Shown piece by piece: positions 8,790 through 16,490 of a DNA stretch of 19,100 nucleotides. The number at the start of each line of letters is the position of its first letter. Positions within the stretch are counted from its first letter, which is position 1. The stretch is from a virus. The position numbers and the translations under genes were made by a program. The stretch lies in UHGV virus genome UHGV-0207576. One strand, 5' to 3'. Below the pieces are notes generated by a model. It searched no databases. It saw nothing but the letters and a program-made list of their open reading frames with translations, and was not told where the DNA came from.

Positions 8790-9262
8790 GACCGGCAGAC
8801 GCAGCTCAAAGTTTTTATGAATGGTGCCGTTAAAAACCAGACCATCGGACAGTTCGCCGGTCTGTGTAGCGATACCTGTTCATAGAAACGCACTGCTTTA
8901 ACTAGTCCTTCCGGCACTACCGACGCTGGCGGGGCAGCATAAAGCTCATGCATTCCATCAGATAGCGAGTGACCTACATACTCACTGAACCCATCAACAC
9001 ACATGCATCCATCTTCAACAATGCATGACGCTACTGGCAAAGCCACCTCCCGTGCCTCCAGTTCTTCTGCCCACTCCCGAAGCCCTTCAATCTCACCATT
9101 ACGAGCTATCAGATCGCGACACAGTCTTTCGTTTTCATCCAGCAACGCCTGCACAACCTCCGGCGTAGCCGCAGCATGAAAAGCCTGTAGGTTCTGCCAC
9201 GTCGTATCCCCCTTCGCGGCCTCTGCCACCTCACGCAGTGCCTGATAGTTAATCTCGCTCAC
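8696..9262 (-). pseudogene. ead/Ea22-like protein, N-terminal ~120 aa intact, then runs across a probable deletion/recombination junction (~8880-8900) into out-of-frame chaperone sequence
   Basis: GTG start with AGGAGG RBS; N terminus MSEINYQALREVAEAAKGDTTWQNLQAFHAAATPEVVQALLDENERL matches the Ea22-like N-terminal pattern as recalled; C-terminal ~65 aa is Cys/Trp/Arg-rich and overlaps the chaperone frame. Confidence 0.45.
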
Positions 9263-9518
9263 TGGTTGCCTCCTTTTTCCATGTTTTCAGACTTTCACCA
9301 CAGAACGGGCAAAAACACATGGCAACACCACGACCGACATATTGGCCGGAGTGAATTTGAGCAATGTCTAAGCCTGGCTCGCCGGTGTTTATATTCACGC
9401 GTTCCGGGATAAATATGCCTTTACTCTTAAAGGCTGGATTTCCATATTCGAGTGCTTTTGCCAGTACCGCACACGGTTCTATCTGATTGCCATTAATTCG
9501 ACACTTTAATTCACTCAC
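9249..9518 (-). CDS. Hypothetical small protein with Cys motifs (possible zinc-binding)
   Basis: Likely GTG start at 9516-9518 (GGGAGG RBS, GTGA overlap with upstream stop); contains C..C and CFCPFC motifs. Confidence 0.4.
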   Translation of the reverse strand: MSELKCRINGNQIEPCAVLAKALEYGNPAFKSKGIFIPERVNINTGEPGLDIAQIHSGQYVGRGVAMCFCPFCGESLKTWKKEATSERD

Positions 9519-9679
9519 TTCAACACCTCCCGACGACGTTCCTGAAGTTCCAGCATTGCAGCCCGGAAATCCTGCCACCATTCCTCATCGGCAACGGGGG
9601 AGTTCCGCTCCAGCACCTTGTCCGCATCGGCAATCAGTCTGGTCAGACTCTTATCGCTTATTCTGGTTTGCTGACTCAC
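9515..9679 (-). CDS. Hypothetical small protein
   Basis: Probable GTG start at 9677-9679 preceded by AGGAGA RBS (longest ORF reaches 9718 on TTG); charged, helical-looking 53-67 aa. Confidence 0.35.
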   Translation of the reverse strand: MSQQTRISDKSLTRLIADADKVLERNSPVADEEWWQDFRAAMLELQERRREVLK

Positions 9680-9965
9680 TGGTTGTCTCCTGTTCATTTT
9701 TTTCATTCCGGTACACAAGAATTACGATATCTCCCCGGGTAATTACGCGTGCGGGGTCGCCCTGTTGCATATGGTCAATATCAAAAGCGTCATTAAACGC
9801 ATTTAGCGCCTTCGCGCGCTTGTCTTTACAACGATGTTTTTCACGCTGCTTAAAGAGCGAAGAAATCAACCACCTGAATGACATAAAAGTGATATAGCCA
9901 TAACCGATAAGCGCCAGACCTGTATTCATGGCTACATCTATCGTTATCGTTTTATCAATGACCAT
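9651..9965 (-). CDS. Hypothetical small membrane protein (one predicted TM helix)
   Basis: 104 aa; strong AGGAGG RBS 7 nt upstream of ATG; hydrophobic stretch NTGLALIGYGYITFMSFRWLISSLF followed by basic segment; start overlaps upstream stop. Confidence 0.5.
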   Translation of the reverse strand: MVIDKTITIDVAMNTGLALIGYGYITFMSFRWLISSLFKQREKHRCKDKRAKALNAFNDAFDIDHMQQGDPARVITRGDIVILVYRNEKNEQETTSESANQNKR

Positions 9966-10185
9966 TGCCAGCCTCCTGTTTTGCCACTTTAAACGCCCGC
10001 AACATCGGGACCGTTTTACCGCTGATGACAGTGTTCATAACAATACCGATTCCACTGTGATGTAACGCTCCCGGTGCAACAAACAGCGCAGCATCTACAA
10101 CTCTGAAGTAACGGTGGAACTCCCAGAACCAACAAGAAATAGTGATAGTTGCGGTGACCCCATGGTCATAAAATTCAATTTTCAT
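9955..10185 (-). CDS. Hypothetical small protein
   Basis: 76 aa; ATGA start/stop overlap with upstream gene (translational coupling). Confidence 0.4.
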   Translation of the reverse strand: MKIEFYDHGVTATITISCWFWEFHRYFRVVDAALFVAPGALHHSGIGIVMNTVISGKTVPMLRAFKVAKQEAGNGH

Positions 10186-10409
10186 TTGCAGTTAAACCTT
10201 CTCTTATGACGTTCTACGGCAGCCTTCATATTGTTGTGCACGGTTCTTTTAATAATCCGACGTCCCACACTGTCATAGAACCGCCACCGGGAAGCCCCCG
10301 GATATCCGGGGAACTCAACCACCGCGCTACCGTCATTCATCCTGTATTCGTGGCGTTCTCCGGGCGGCTGGTATATTGCTTCGGTAACACTAAGAAGTTT
10401 AAAAGCCAT
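10182..10409 (-). CDS. Hypothetical small protein
   Basis: 75 aa; strong GGAGGG RBS ~7 nt upstream of ATG; 2 nt after upstream stop. Confidence 0.45.
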   Translation of the reverse strand: MAFKLLSVTEAIYQPPGERHEYRMNDGSAVVEFPGYPGASRWRFYDSVGRRIIKRTVHNNMKAAVERHKRRFNCK

Positions 10410-10411
10410 CG

Positions 10412-11122
10412 TTACACCCTCCCCAGTGCCAGCGGTCTGTTGCTCTGACCATTAACCCCCTGATGCAGCCTGGCGTTCTTCCCGGCGATAAAACCGGCAG
10501 TAGCGGCAAACTCTGCACCCCGACACGCTTTAGCTGTGCGCATATCCCCGTCGCGCAGTCCCTTAGTGCTGTGCAGGTTCTTTCTGTAAAGCTCAAGGCG
10601 GCTTTTTTCTTCCGGGGAGACGTCATACACCGCAATGACATCACGGGCACCAAAGACCCAGCCTTCGCAGAACTGGTCGCCACGGGCTACCCGCGTGGAC
10701 GGACCACAACGTTTGCAGTGTTTATCCTGATATTTCTTGCGCTCTGCCATCATCTGACGGGAAAGCACATCAAACGCGTAAGCCGCGATTTCCGGGCGGC
10801 TGTCAGGACCATAAAAACGCACGTAACGTTTGAGTGAACCAGAAGCCCGGTATTCGCCGGAGATGTAACACTCGACACCGAAGGCTTTACAGACCAGGTC
10901 ACACAGGATGTGCATATAACGCGGCGGCGTACTGGCGTCACTCGGCGCACCCGCGCTGGCAGCTTCCTGAATGTCGAACAATTCCGCGTCGTTTTCGCTG
11001 ATACCATGCTGGCGCATATAAGCCTGGGCTTTTGCAATAGCGTTAGCGGCTTCTTCCGGGCTTGATGTTCCTCTGGCAAGGCGTAACAGTTTTTTGATTT
11101 TGGCAATGTATTTATCTTTCAT
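10412..11122 (-). CDS. Phage accessory protein with DUF2786-like N-terminal helical motif
   Basis: 236 aa; N terminus KIKKLLRLARGTSSPEEAANAIAKAQAYMRQHGI matches the DUF2786-type pattern common in prophage early regions (from memory, not searched). Confidence 0.5.
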   Translation of the reverse strand: MKDKYIAKIKKLLRLARGTSSPEEAANAIAKAQAYMRQHGISENDAELFDIQEAASAGAPSDASTPPRYMHILCDLVCKAFGVECYISGEYRASGSLKRYVRFYGPDSRPEIAAYAFDVLSRQMMAERKKYQDKHCKRCGPSTRVARGDQFCEGWVFGARDVIAVYDVSPEEKSRLELYRKNLHSTKGLRDGDMRTAKACRGAEFAATAGFIAGKNARLHQGVNGQSNRPLALGRV

Positions 11123-11210
11123 GGTTGTAACTCATTGTTTTTGATCAACTTATAACCACAAAACACTTGTCATAATCGCTGCCCCAACATACCCAATCAG
11201 GAGTTAAAAA

Positions 11211-11429
11211 ATGATTGATGATGAAATTGCGGCAGCAATTACTGCTAACAAAGCTGCGTGGAGCTTTCTGGTTAAACAGCTTTCAGAAAATGGCTGTCTG
11301 AACCTCAGCGCCCTGGATTCTGAATTACGCAACTTCCAGCACGGCCTTCAGGAACGTGGGGAGTTCGTTCTGGCTGCGGCGCTGGATGAACATCTGCTGT
11401 CGATTGAGAACTGGTCGCAAGACGATTAA
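11211..11429 (+). CDS. Hypothetical small acidic protein, transcribed opposite to all flanking phage genes
   Basis: 72 aa; AGGAG RBS 7 nt upstream of ATG; followed by two hairpin terminators; net acidic. Confidence 0.5.
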   Translation: MIDDEIAAAITANKAAWSFLVKQLSENGCLNLSALDSELRNFQHGLQERGEFVLAAALDEHLLSIENWSQDD

Positions 11430-11451
11430 AACAAACGATTGTCAGATTAAT

Positions 11452-11471
11452 TTCGCGGGCGAATTTTTTTT
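11452..11471 (+). terminator. Weak intrinsic terminator after the plus-strand small gene
   Basis: Short GC hairpin ttcgcgggcgaa followed by a run of 8 T. Confidence 0.35.
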
Positions 11472-11507
11472 GCTTAGCAATATTCATAAATAAACTTCCT
11501 CAGATTC

Positions 11508-11545
11508 AGGCGTAAGCCAGCCCCTGCGGGTTTACGCCTGTTTTA
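11508..11545 (+). terminator. Strong hairpin terminator at the boundary between early-gene block and accessory block
   Basis: aggcgtaagccagcccctgcgggtttacgcct forms a ~12-bp stem with one mismatch, followed by gtttt. Confidence 0.5.
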
Positions 11546-11569
11546 AATAACAATTAAAAACAAATTAAA

Positions 11570-11761
11570 TTAATGCGGTGCTTTCAGTGTTTCGACTTTA
11601 ACGAAATAAGGCTCGACATTAATTTCAACCACACAACCACATTTAAAATCTCTGGCAGGTGCAACAGTTTTTACCACCCGACCACCACGCACTGCCCGAT
11701 GTGCAATGTGCATGAAGCGAGTCCCTGGCGGATATAGCTGATTAAAGCGTTTCGCGTTCAT
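11570..11761 (-). CDS. Hypothetical small protein (last gene of early operon)
   Basis: 63 aa ORF; overlaps upstream gene end, real start may be internal Met at ~11713. Confidence 0.35.
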   Translation of the reverse strand: MNAKRFNQLYPPGTRFMHIAHRAVRGGRVVKTVAPARDFKCGCVVEINVEPYFVKVETLKAPH

Positions 11762-11975
11762 GAGGCGGCTTCCATCTTTTCAGGTGAGCATTGGCACAGA
11801 ACTCTGCCCGGTGTTCCGCCCAGATGCGGCGCAGGGTACTACACGGGCTTTGTGCTGCCTTACGCCACAGTTTTTCAGCTTCGGCATAATCGCCGCGTTG
11901 TTCTGCTCTGGACGCGCCCAGCGAATACGCTGCGCAACGGTTCCCGGCCCTGTACTCTTTGATATCCTGATGCAT
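11742..11975 (-). CDS. Small regulator-like protein (ANR-family-like pattern)
   Basis: About 77 aa from ATG at 11973-11975, directly after upstream stop at 11977-11979; pattern ...AAYSLGASRAEQRGDYAEAEKLWRKAAQ...W...C recalls ANR-type small regulators. Confidence 0.4.
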   Translation of the reverse strand: MHQDIKEYRAGNRCAAYSLGASRAEQRGDYAEAEKLWRKAAQSPCSTLRRIWAEHRAEFCANAHLKRWKPPHERETL

Positions 11976-11976
11976 G

Positions 11977-12621
11977 TTAAACCCCTGCAATATCAAGCGG
12001 GATTGCGCGGTATTCAGCAGAATCACCGACGCGCTCATACACGCGGATATAGCTTTTGCTGCCAATTACCTGGACGGCTTCACCAATCAGTTTCATGGCG
12101 TTATCCCAGCGTTCCTCCGTAATATCGAGACGACGCAGAGCCAGAACGCGCCCGGTGTTAATGTTGCCTTCCTTGTCCGTGCTGAATGCTTCACTGATGA
12201 TGGCTTTAATTTCAGGGCGCGCTCCTTCCGTCCAGTCAGCCAGACAGTCATCAATCAGTGCCTTCGCGGTCTGAATGCGTTCATCAAGCGCGATACGGTC
12301 CTGCATGGCGCGCTGAATCTTGTAACGCCCGTCAAAGCTGTAAAGTGTGATATTCCCTTTTTTACCGCCTTTCACAGCGCCGTATTTCTCCGCCGACAGG
12401 TCAATAAATGCCTGAATATCACCAAACGCACGCAGTTTCAGTTCACGCAGTGAGGCAGAGGCAGCAATCACCATCTCCACAAGCTCACCGACCAGCTGCT
12501 CACGGTCGCGGTCAATATCTTTGATAAGACTTTCAGGCGTCATCACACCACGGGCATCAACCCAGTAGCCTTCCTGCACTTTATTTTTTGTATATTGCTT
12601 AACTTTATTTTCAGTCGTCAT
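11977..12621 (-). CDS. Mu-like early-region protein (DUF3164-like)
   Basis: 214 aa; position downstream of the B-like gene in the semi-essential early region; family assignment from memory of the protein pattern, not searched. Confidence 0.45.
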   Translation of the reverse strand: MTTENKVKQYTKNKVQEGYWVDARGVMTPESLIKDIDRDREQLVGELVEMVIAASASLRELKLRAFGDIQAFIDLSAEKYGAVKGGKKGNITLYSFDGRYKIQRAMQDRIALDERIQTAKALIDDCLADWTEGARPEIKAIISEAFSTDKEGNINTGRVLALRRLDITEERWDNAMKLIGEAVQVIGSKSYIRVYERVGDSAEYRAIPLDIAGV

Positions 12622-12650
12622 AATTAAATTACCTCAGTGATATTTACAGA

Positions 12651-12866
12651 TTAATGTGTGTTATGTGCGCGAGGCGCAACATTTTCAGAAAAAAGATTCA
12701 CGCCGTTATAGTCATTTCTGAGCGTTTCCTTGATAGCATCATGTAATCTTGTTGCCACCTGAAACTCCTTTTCGGAAGCTCCGTCCTTCGAATAACTCCC
12801 CGTGGTCTGGGTTAAAACACAGCCTTTTTCATCGGTATAGATAATTACTTCTAACTTAACCGCCAT
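12651..12866 (-). CDS. Hypothetical early-region protein
   Basis: 71 aa ORF in the early operon. Confidence 0.4.
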   Translation of the reverse strand: MAVKLEVIIYTDEKGCVLTQTTGSYSKDGASEKEFQVATRLHDAIKETLRNDYNGVNLFSENVAPRAHNTH

Positions 12867-12878
12867 TCTGATTTCCTC

Positions 12879-13118
12879 TTATTGCCATACGACGGTGCAG
12901 CCGTCGATACAGGACGTTTTCACCACGCGGCGCAGGCCGCTGAATGTCTGGATGATTTCCGTTACCGGCCATACAGGGCCGCCCACGGGCGGGCAGGCAT
13001 AAACCACAGGTAAACGGTGATGTTGCCCAGTTACGCGACCGCCGGTGGTGTGGATGGCCACACGGGCACGGGAACGGACGGCGTTAATGGTCTGCTTGTC
13101 CATCATCTTGTTCTCCAT
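12879..13118 (-). CDS. Hypothetical early-region protein
   Basis: 79 aa ORF immediately downstream of the B-like gene. Confidence 0.4.
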   Translation of the reverse strand: MENKMMDKQTINAVRSRARVAIHTTGGRVTGQHHRLPVVYACPPVGGPVWPVTEIIQTFSGLRRVVKTSCIDGCTVVWQ

Positions 13119-14011
13119 CAGTGAATTAACATTTCTGCGAATTTATCAATGGCCTGCACACTGACCGGTGCATCGCTGATATCACAAATCCGGTACACAC
13201 CGCGAGCCAGTTTGAACAGGCGGCGGGCATTACCCAGTGAGCGTGCGTAGAGCGCCTCGCTGATTTCCGGTTCTGCTGCTTCCGGCATCAGCCCGGTAGC
13301 TATCTGGTTAAAATCTTCCTGCGACAGCGTATCGCCCAGGTTAAGCGCCAGCGCCACACGGCTGTATAACTGGGCGAACTCACCGCGACGTCCCTTGAGG
13401 TTAATCAGAAGGCGTGGCATACCCGCCAGGACAATCCCGATACCCGCTTTGTCATGCAGACGGCGCAGAACCTCCAGTGCGCGATAGGGGAGCAGTTCAG
13501 CCTCGTCCACCATCAGCAGGCGACCGGAATCACGCAGTTCTCGCACACATGCATCAATCAGTTCGTGGATATTGCCGCGAACTTTTACCCCCAGCTGGCG
13601 GCACAGCTCCTCAAGCAGTGTTCTGGCTGTATAGCCCGGGTCGGCTTCAATCAGGACCGCATCCCGGTTTCTGGCGGCGTATTCACGCAGAATCATTGTT
13701 TTGCCAAGACCTGCCGCGCCATACAGTACGCAGATTTCACATTCCAGGTGAGCATAGGCCAACACCTCCAGTCCTTTGGCAGCCATACCGGTGGCAACAA
13801 ATTTCGCTTTAATACGGCGGCTGTTTTCCTTTTCCCGCTCACGGGTCACAAAGGCAGAAATGCGTTCTTCAATATCAGCCATATCGCCCTGATATTTACC
13901 CTGTAAATACTGGTTGATAACGGCGCTGCTACGACCAATAGCACGGGCGACGTGGGTTTGCGTATAGCCGCGACGGGCCATTACGTCATTTAATTGCGTA
14001 ATTAAACTCAT
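13118..14011 (-). CDS. MuB-like transposition target-DNA activator (AAA+ ATPase with N-terminal HTH)
   Basis: 297 aa; N-terminal HTH (YTQTHVARAIGRSSAVINQYLQGK), Walker A GAAGLGKT, Walker B LLMVDEAE; lies directly after the transposase gene as in Mu. Confidence 0.85.
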   Translation of the reverse strand: MSLITQLNDVMARRGYTQTHVARAIGRSSAVINQYLQGKYQGDMADIEERISAFVTREREKENSRRIKAKFVATGMAAKGLEVLAYAHLECEICVLYGAAGLGKTMILREYAARNRDAVLIEADPGYTARTLLEELCRQLGVKVRGNIHELIDACVRELRDSGRLLMVDEAELLPYRALEVLRRLHDKAGIGIVLAGMPRLLINLKGRRGEFAQLYSRVALALNLGDTLSQEDFNQIATGLMPEAAEPEISEALYARSLGNARRLFKLARGVYRICDISDAPVSVQAIDKFAEMLIH

Positions 14012-14029
14012 AATTAAATACCTTTTAAA

Positions 14030-16072
14030 TTAACGGTTGTTTGTGCCGTTTTTCTTTAAATTGCGTTCGCGTTCAGATGCGAATAAATAAAGTTCTTCTT
14101 TTTCCTTTTTCTCCAGGCGTTCCAGTCCATATCCCAGATTAAAGTCAGGCTTCTGCGTAATGGCCGGGGTAAGCTCGCGTTTAGCCTCTTCGATTTTCTG
14201 CGTGGCCCGTGCAATGCGGCCCTTGACGCGTTTCTCCAGTTTTTGTTCGATAACTGGTTTAGCGAAGGCATCAACCTTGTTACCGTTCCAGATGGCATCG
14301 CAGATATAAGAGCCATCAGCCCGCCGGACAATGACGCTGTTTGCATCATGAATATCGTAACTGACCCTGACTTCATTCCCGTGCTCTGCGGCCAGATCAT
14401 ATGAGTAATAAATATTGTTGAATAACTGAATTTCCCCGCGAAATGTTTTGCGCGTCACTTCCGGCCTGAACATTTCATGCAGTTCTTCCGGCGACAGGAA
14501 ATCAATTTCAACATTCTGCTCTTTTATCAGTTTCCGGCGATACGCTGCCGGGCTGTAATGCTCGCCATCCTCTTTGCGAGGAAGGCTGCTGTGTGGCCGG
14601 TTGTTATAGCGTCTGACCTCCAGCTCTATGGCTGCCATCAGTTGCTCAAAGGTAGGGATTTCATCCCTCGCCTTAACCTGCCGTTTTGTCAGCTCTTTCC
14701 CTTTGTGGGTGGCCTTAATGGCTGACTGCATAATCCGTTGCTGCATCATTACGGTTTCCTTGTCTGCATCCCTTGCGCAGTACGTTTGGAAACTCAGGGC
14801 CACGTCTTTGGGTATTTCCTTGTTAACCCTTTCAATCACCCCGCGCCCCTGCGGGTTACCTGGTATCCCCGTGTGATGTTCCACACCCAGACGGGGCAGA
14901 ATCCCGGTAATATCGGCATCAAGCACCAGGTTTTTTTCGCCGCCCCCGTTATCGGAGTAATAAATCAGCGGTATCCCGTGCTGTGCCATGCCGTAACGTA
15001 ACGCATCAGCAACGGCTATCACGTTCTCCGACAGGGACAGTGACCAGCCCACAATAAAGCGTTGTCCTGCATCCATAACCAGCGTCACTTCTGGCCGGAA
15101 AATATTGCCGGTCAGGGGGTTAAACGCGGTCATTTTCATACAGTGACCATCCCCGACCCATACCGCATTAACCGGTAATGATGTCCACTCGCGCCGCACA
15201 AAGGGATTGAGCGAACGCCAGGCTGAACCTGTGGAGCGGAAACGCTCTTTAACAATCACCGGGACGCTGCTTAACACCCGTCTTACTGCGTGAACTGAAG
15301 GCAGTGCCGCCAGCATTCCCGCATCGTTCGCGTGTTTTTCATGCCACCAGGCTGAAAACTCGCGATACGCATATTCAACGGTCGGGCGCTTCCATGAGCG
15401 ATAGAACATAAAGAAATCGCTCAACCACCAGACCTGCTCCCACGGTGTTCCCTTATGATGACCGGGAGCCAGTAACGCCAGTAACTGATTGGCATCACCG
15501 CGCGCCATCACCCAGCTGGAGTACCAACTATCCAGGCTGCCTGTGCTGACACCGGTTCGCTTTCCCTGACGTGCATTTGCAGTATTAGCTGCTTCGATAA
15601 TGCGGTCAGGTAACGCCCCCATGCGCACACCATCAACGATGTGCTTTAACGCGGCCTTCCTTGTCATTCCGGCGTATTCACGCAGTTTATGCACTTCAGT
15701 AGCCAGCAATATCCGCGCATCAGCGATGGCCTTTTGCTTGTCAGTCAGTGCCTGGACTTCGCGTAATGCCAGTTCCGGGCATTTGACCATCACCTCCAGT
15801 TCATCGCGAACGGCGACGTTTTTAACTGCCTTCTGCTCAACCACGGCGGGCAGTTGCGTATCTTCCAGGACCTGATGGGTCAGGCGCTTACGTAAAACTT
15901 TCTGCGCTTCAGCGGGCAGGCAGTCGATGTGATACTCGAATGCTTTGGTGCCTTCACGCTTGCGCTTCCATTCCGGGTGCGTCTCTGTGATCCGATTGAG
16001 CGTCCAGCGCACCCCCTGAACTGTACCGGGCAAACCAGGAAGACCGGCCAGCTCATTGGCTGAATAAAACAT
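14030..16072 (-). CDS. MuA-like DDE transposase
   Basis: 680 aa; N terminus LAGLPGLPGTVQGVRW...TKAFEYHIDCLPAEAQ parallels the MuA end-binding winged-helix domain (ANLPGLPKTSAGV...KAIEYNANSLPVEAK); central DDE region with VWVGDGH; TAATG overlap with Ner-like gene. Confidence 0.9.
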   Translation of the reverse strand: MFYSANELAGLPGLPGTVQGVRWTLNRITETHPEWKRKREGTKAFEYHIDCLPAEAQKVLRKRLTHQVLEDTQLPAVVEQKAVKNVAVRDELEVMVKCPELALREVQALTDKQKAIADARILLATEVHKLREYAGMTRKAALKHIVDGVRMGALPDRIIEAANTANARQGKRTGVSTGSLDSWYSSWVMARGDANQLLALLAPGHHKGTPWEQVWWLSDFFMFYRSWKRPTVEYAYREFSAWWHEKHANDAGMLAALPSVHAVRRVLSSVPVIVKERFRSTGSAWRSLNPFVRREWTSLPVNAVWVGDGHCMKMTAFNPLTGNIFRPEVTLVMDAGQRFIVGWSLSLSENVIAVADALRYGMAQHGIPLIYYSDNGGGEKNLVLDADITGILPRLGVEHHTGIPGNPQGRGVIERVNKEIPKDVALSFQTYCARDADKETVMMQQRIMQSAIKATHKGKELTKRQVKARDEIPTFEQLMAAIELEVRRYNNRPHSSLPRKEDGEHYSPAAYRRKLIKEQNVEIDFLSPEELHEMFRPEVTRKTFRGEIQLFNNIYYSYDLAAEHGNEVRVSYDIHDANSVIVRRADGSYICDAIWNGNKVDAFAKPVIEQKLEKRVKGRIARATQKIEEAKRELTPAITQKPDFNLGYGLERLEKKEKEELYLFASERERNLKKNGTNNR

Positions 16073-16308
16073 TACGCCGCCTTACTGGCATACCGGCTTG
16101 GCCAGATCTCCGCAGGTTCCACACCAATAGCATCGGCTATGATGCGTTCATATTTAGGGCATGAGCGATACAGTGCATTTTTTAAAGAGTCTTTTTTTAG
16201 ACCAGCGCGTTCAGAAAGTTCACGCAATGTAAAACCTTTGGTGTGCACAGCGGCAACGATGTACTCGCGGTGCCAGTCTTTGTTCATTACTTCATTTCTA
16301 ACCATCAT
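16072..16308 (-). CDS. Ner-like DNA-binding regulator (Ner/Nlp family)
   Basis: About 78 aa from ATGATG at 16303-16308 with AAGG RBS; WHR...LSERAGLKKDSLKNALYRSCPKYERIIADAIGVEPAEIWPSRY closely parallels Mu Ner. Confidence 0.8.
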   Translation of the reverse strand: MMVRNEVMNKDWHREYIVAAVHTKGFTLRELSERAGLKKDSLKNALYRSCPKYERIIADAIGVEPAEIWPSRYASKAA

Positions 16309-16490
16309 TAGGTTACCCTTAAAAGTTATCCGTGCGGATAACACCGCCGTGTTATCCCTTCGGATATAAGTATTGATCCATATATAGCTCATGTAAAGCA
16401 AAAATAGCCCTTTCTTTGTATTTTCTTTTTGCTTTTGGTCTTTATATGGTTTTTGTAATTAAAATCAATAAGTTATAGAGGAAAGAAAAA
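16309..16490. promoter_or_regulatory. Divergent early control region (Pe/Pc-like) with candidate operators
   Basis: Two palindromes, GTTATCC-N4-GGATAAC at 16325-16342 and GTTATCC-N4-GGATA at 16351-16366, centres 26 bp apart; CTTT-rich repeats 16411-16436; TTTACA and TATA-like hexamers on both strands. Confidence 0.5.

Noticed and set aside
8880-9262. Ea22-like ORF as an intact 188-aa protein
   Set aside because: The C-terminal third is compositionally aberrant and overlaps chaperone-coding sequence in another frame; more likely a truncated gene reading across a junction.
11123-11210. Sigma-70 promoters for the plus-strand small gene and the divergent minus-strand accessory operon
   Set aside because: Several -35/-10-like hexamers (TTGATC, TATAAC, CATAAT, ATGACA, TATAAG) are present, but none pair with acceptable 16-18 bp spacing, so no specific promoter is asserted.
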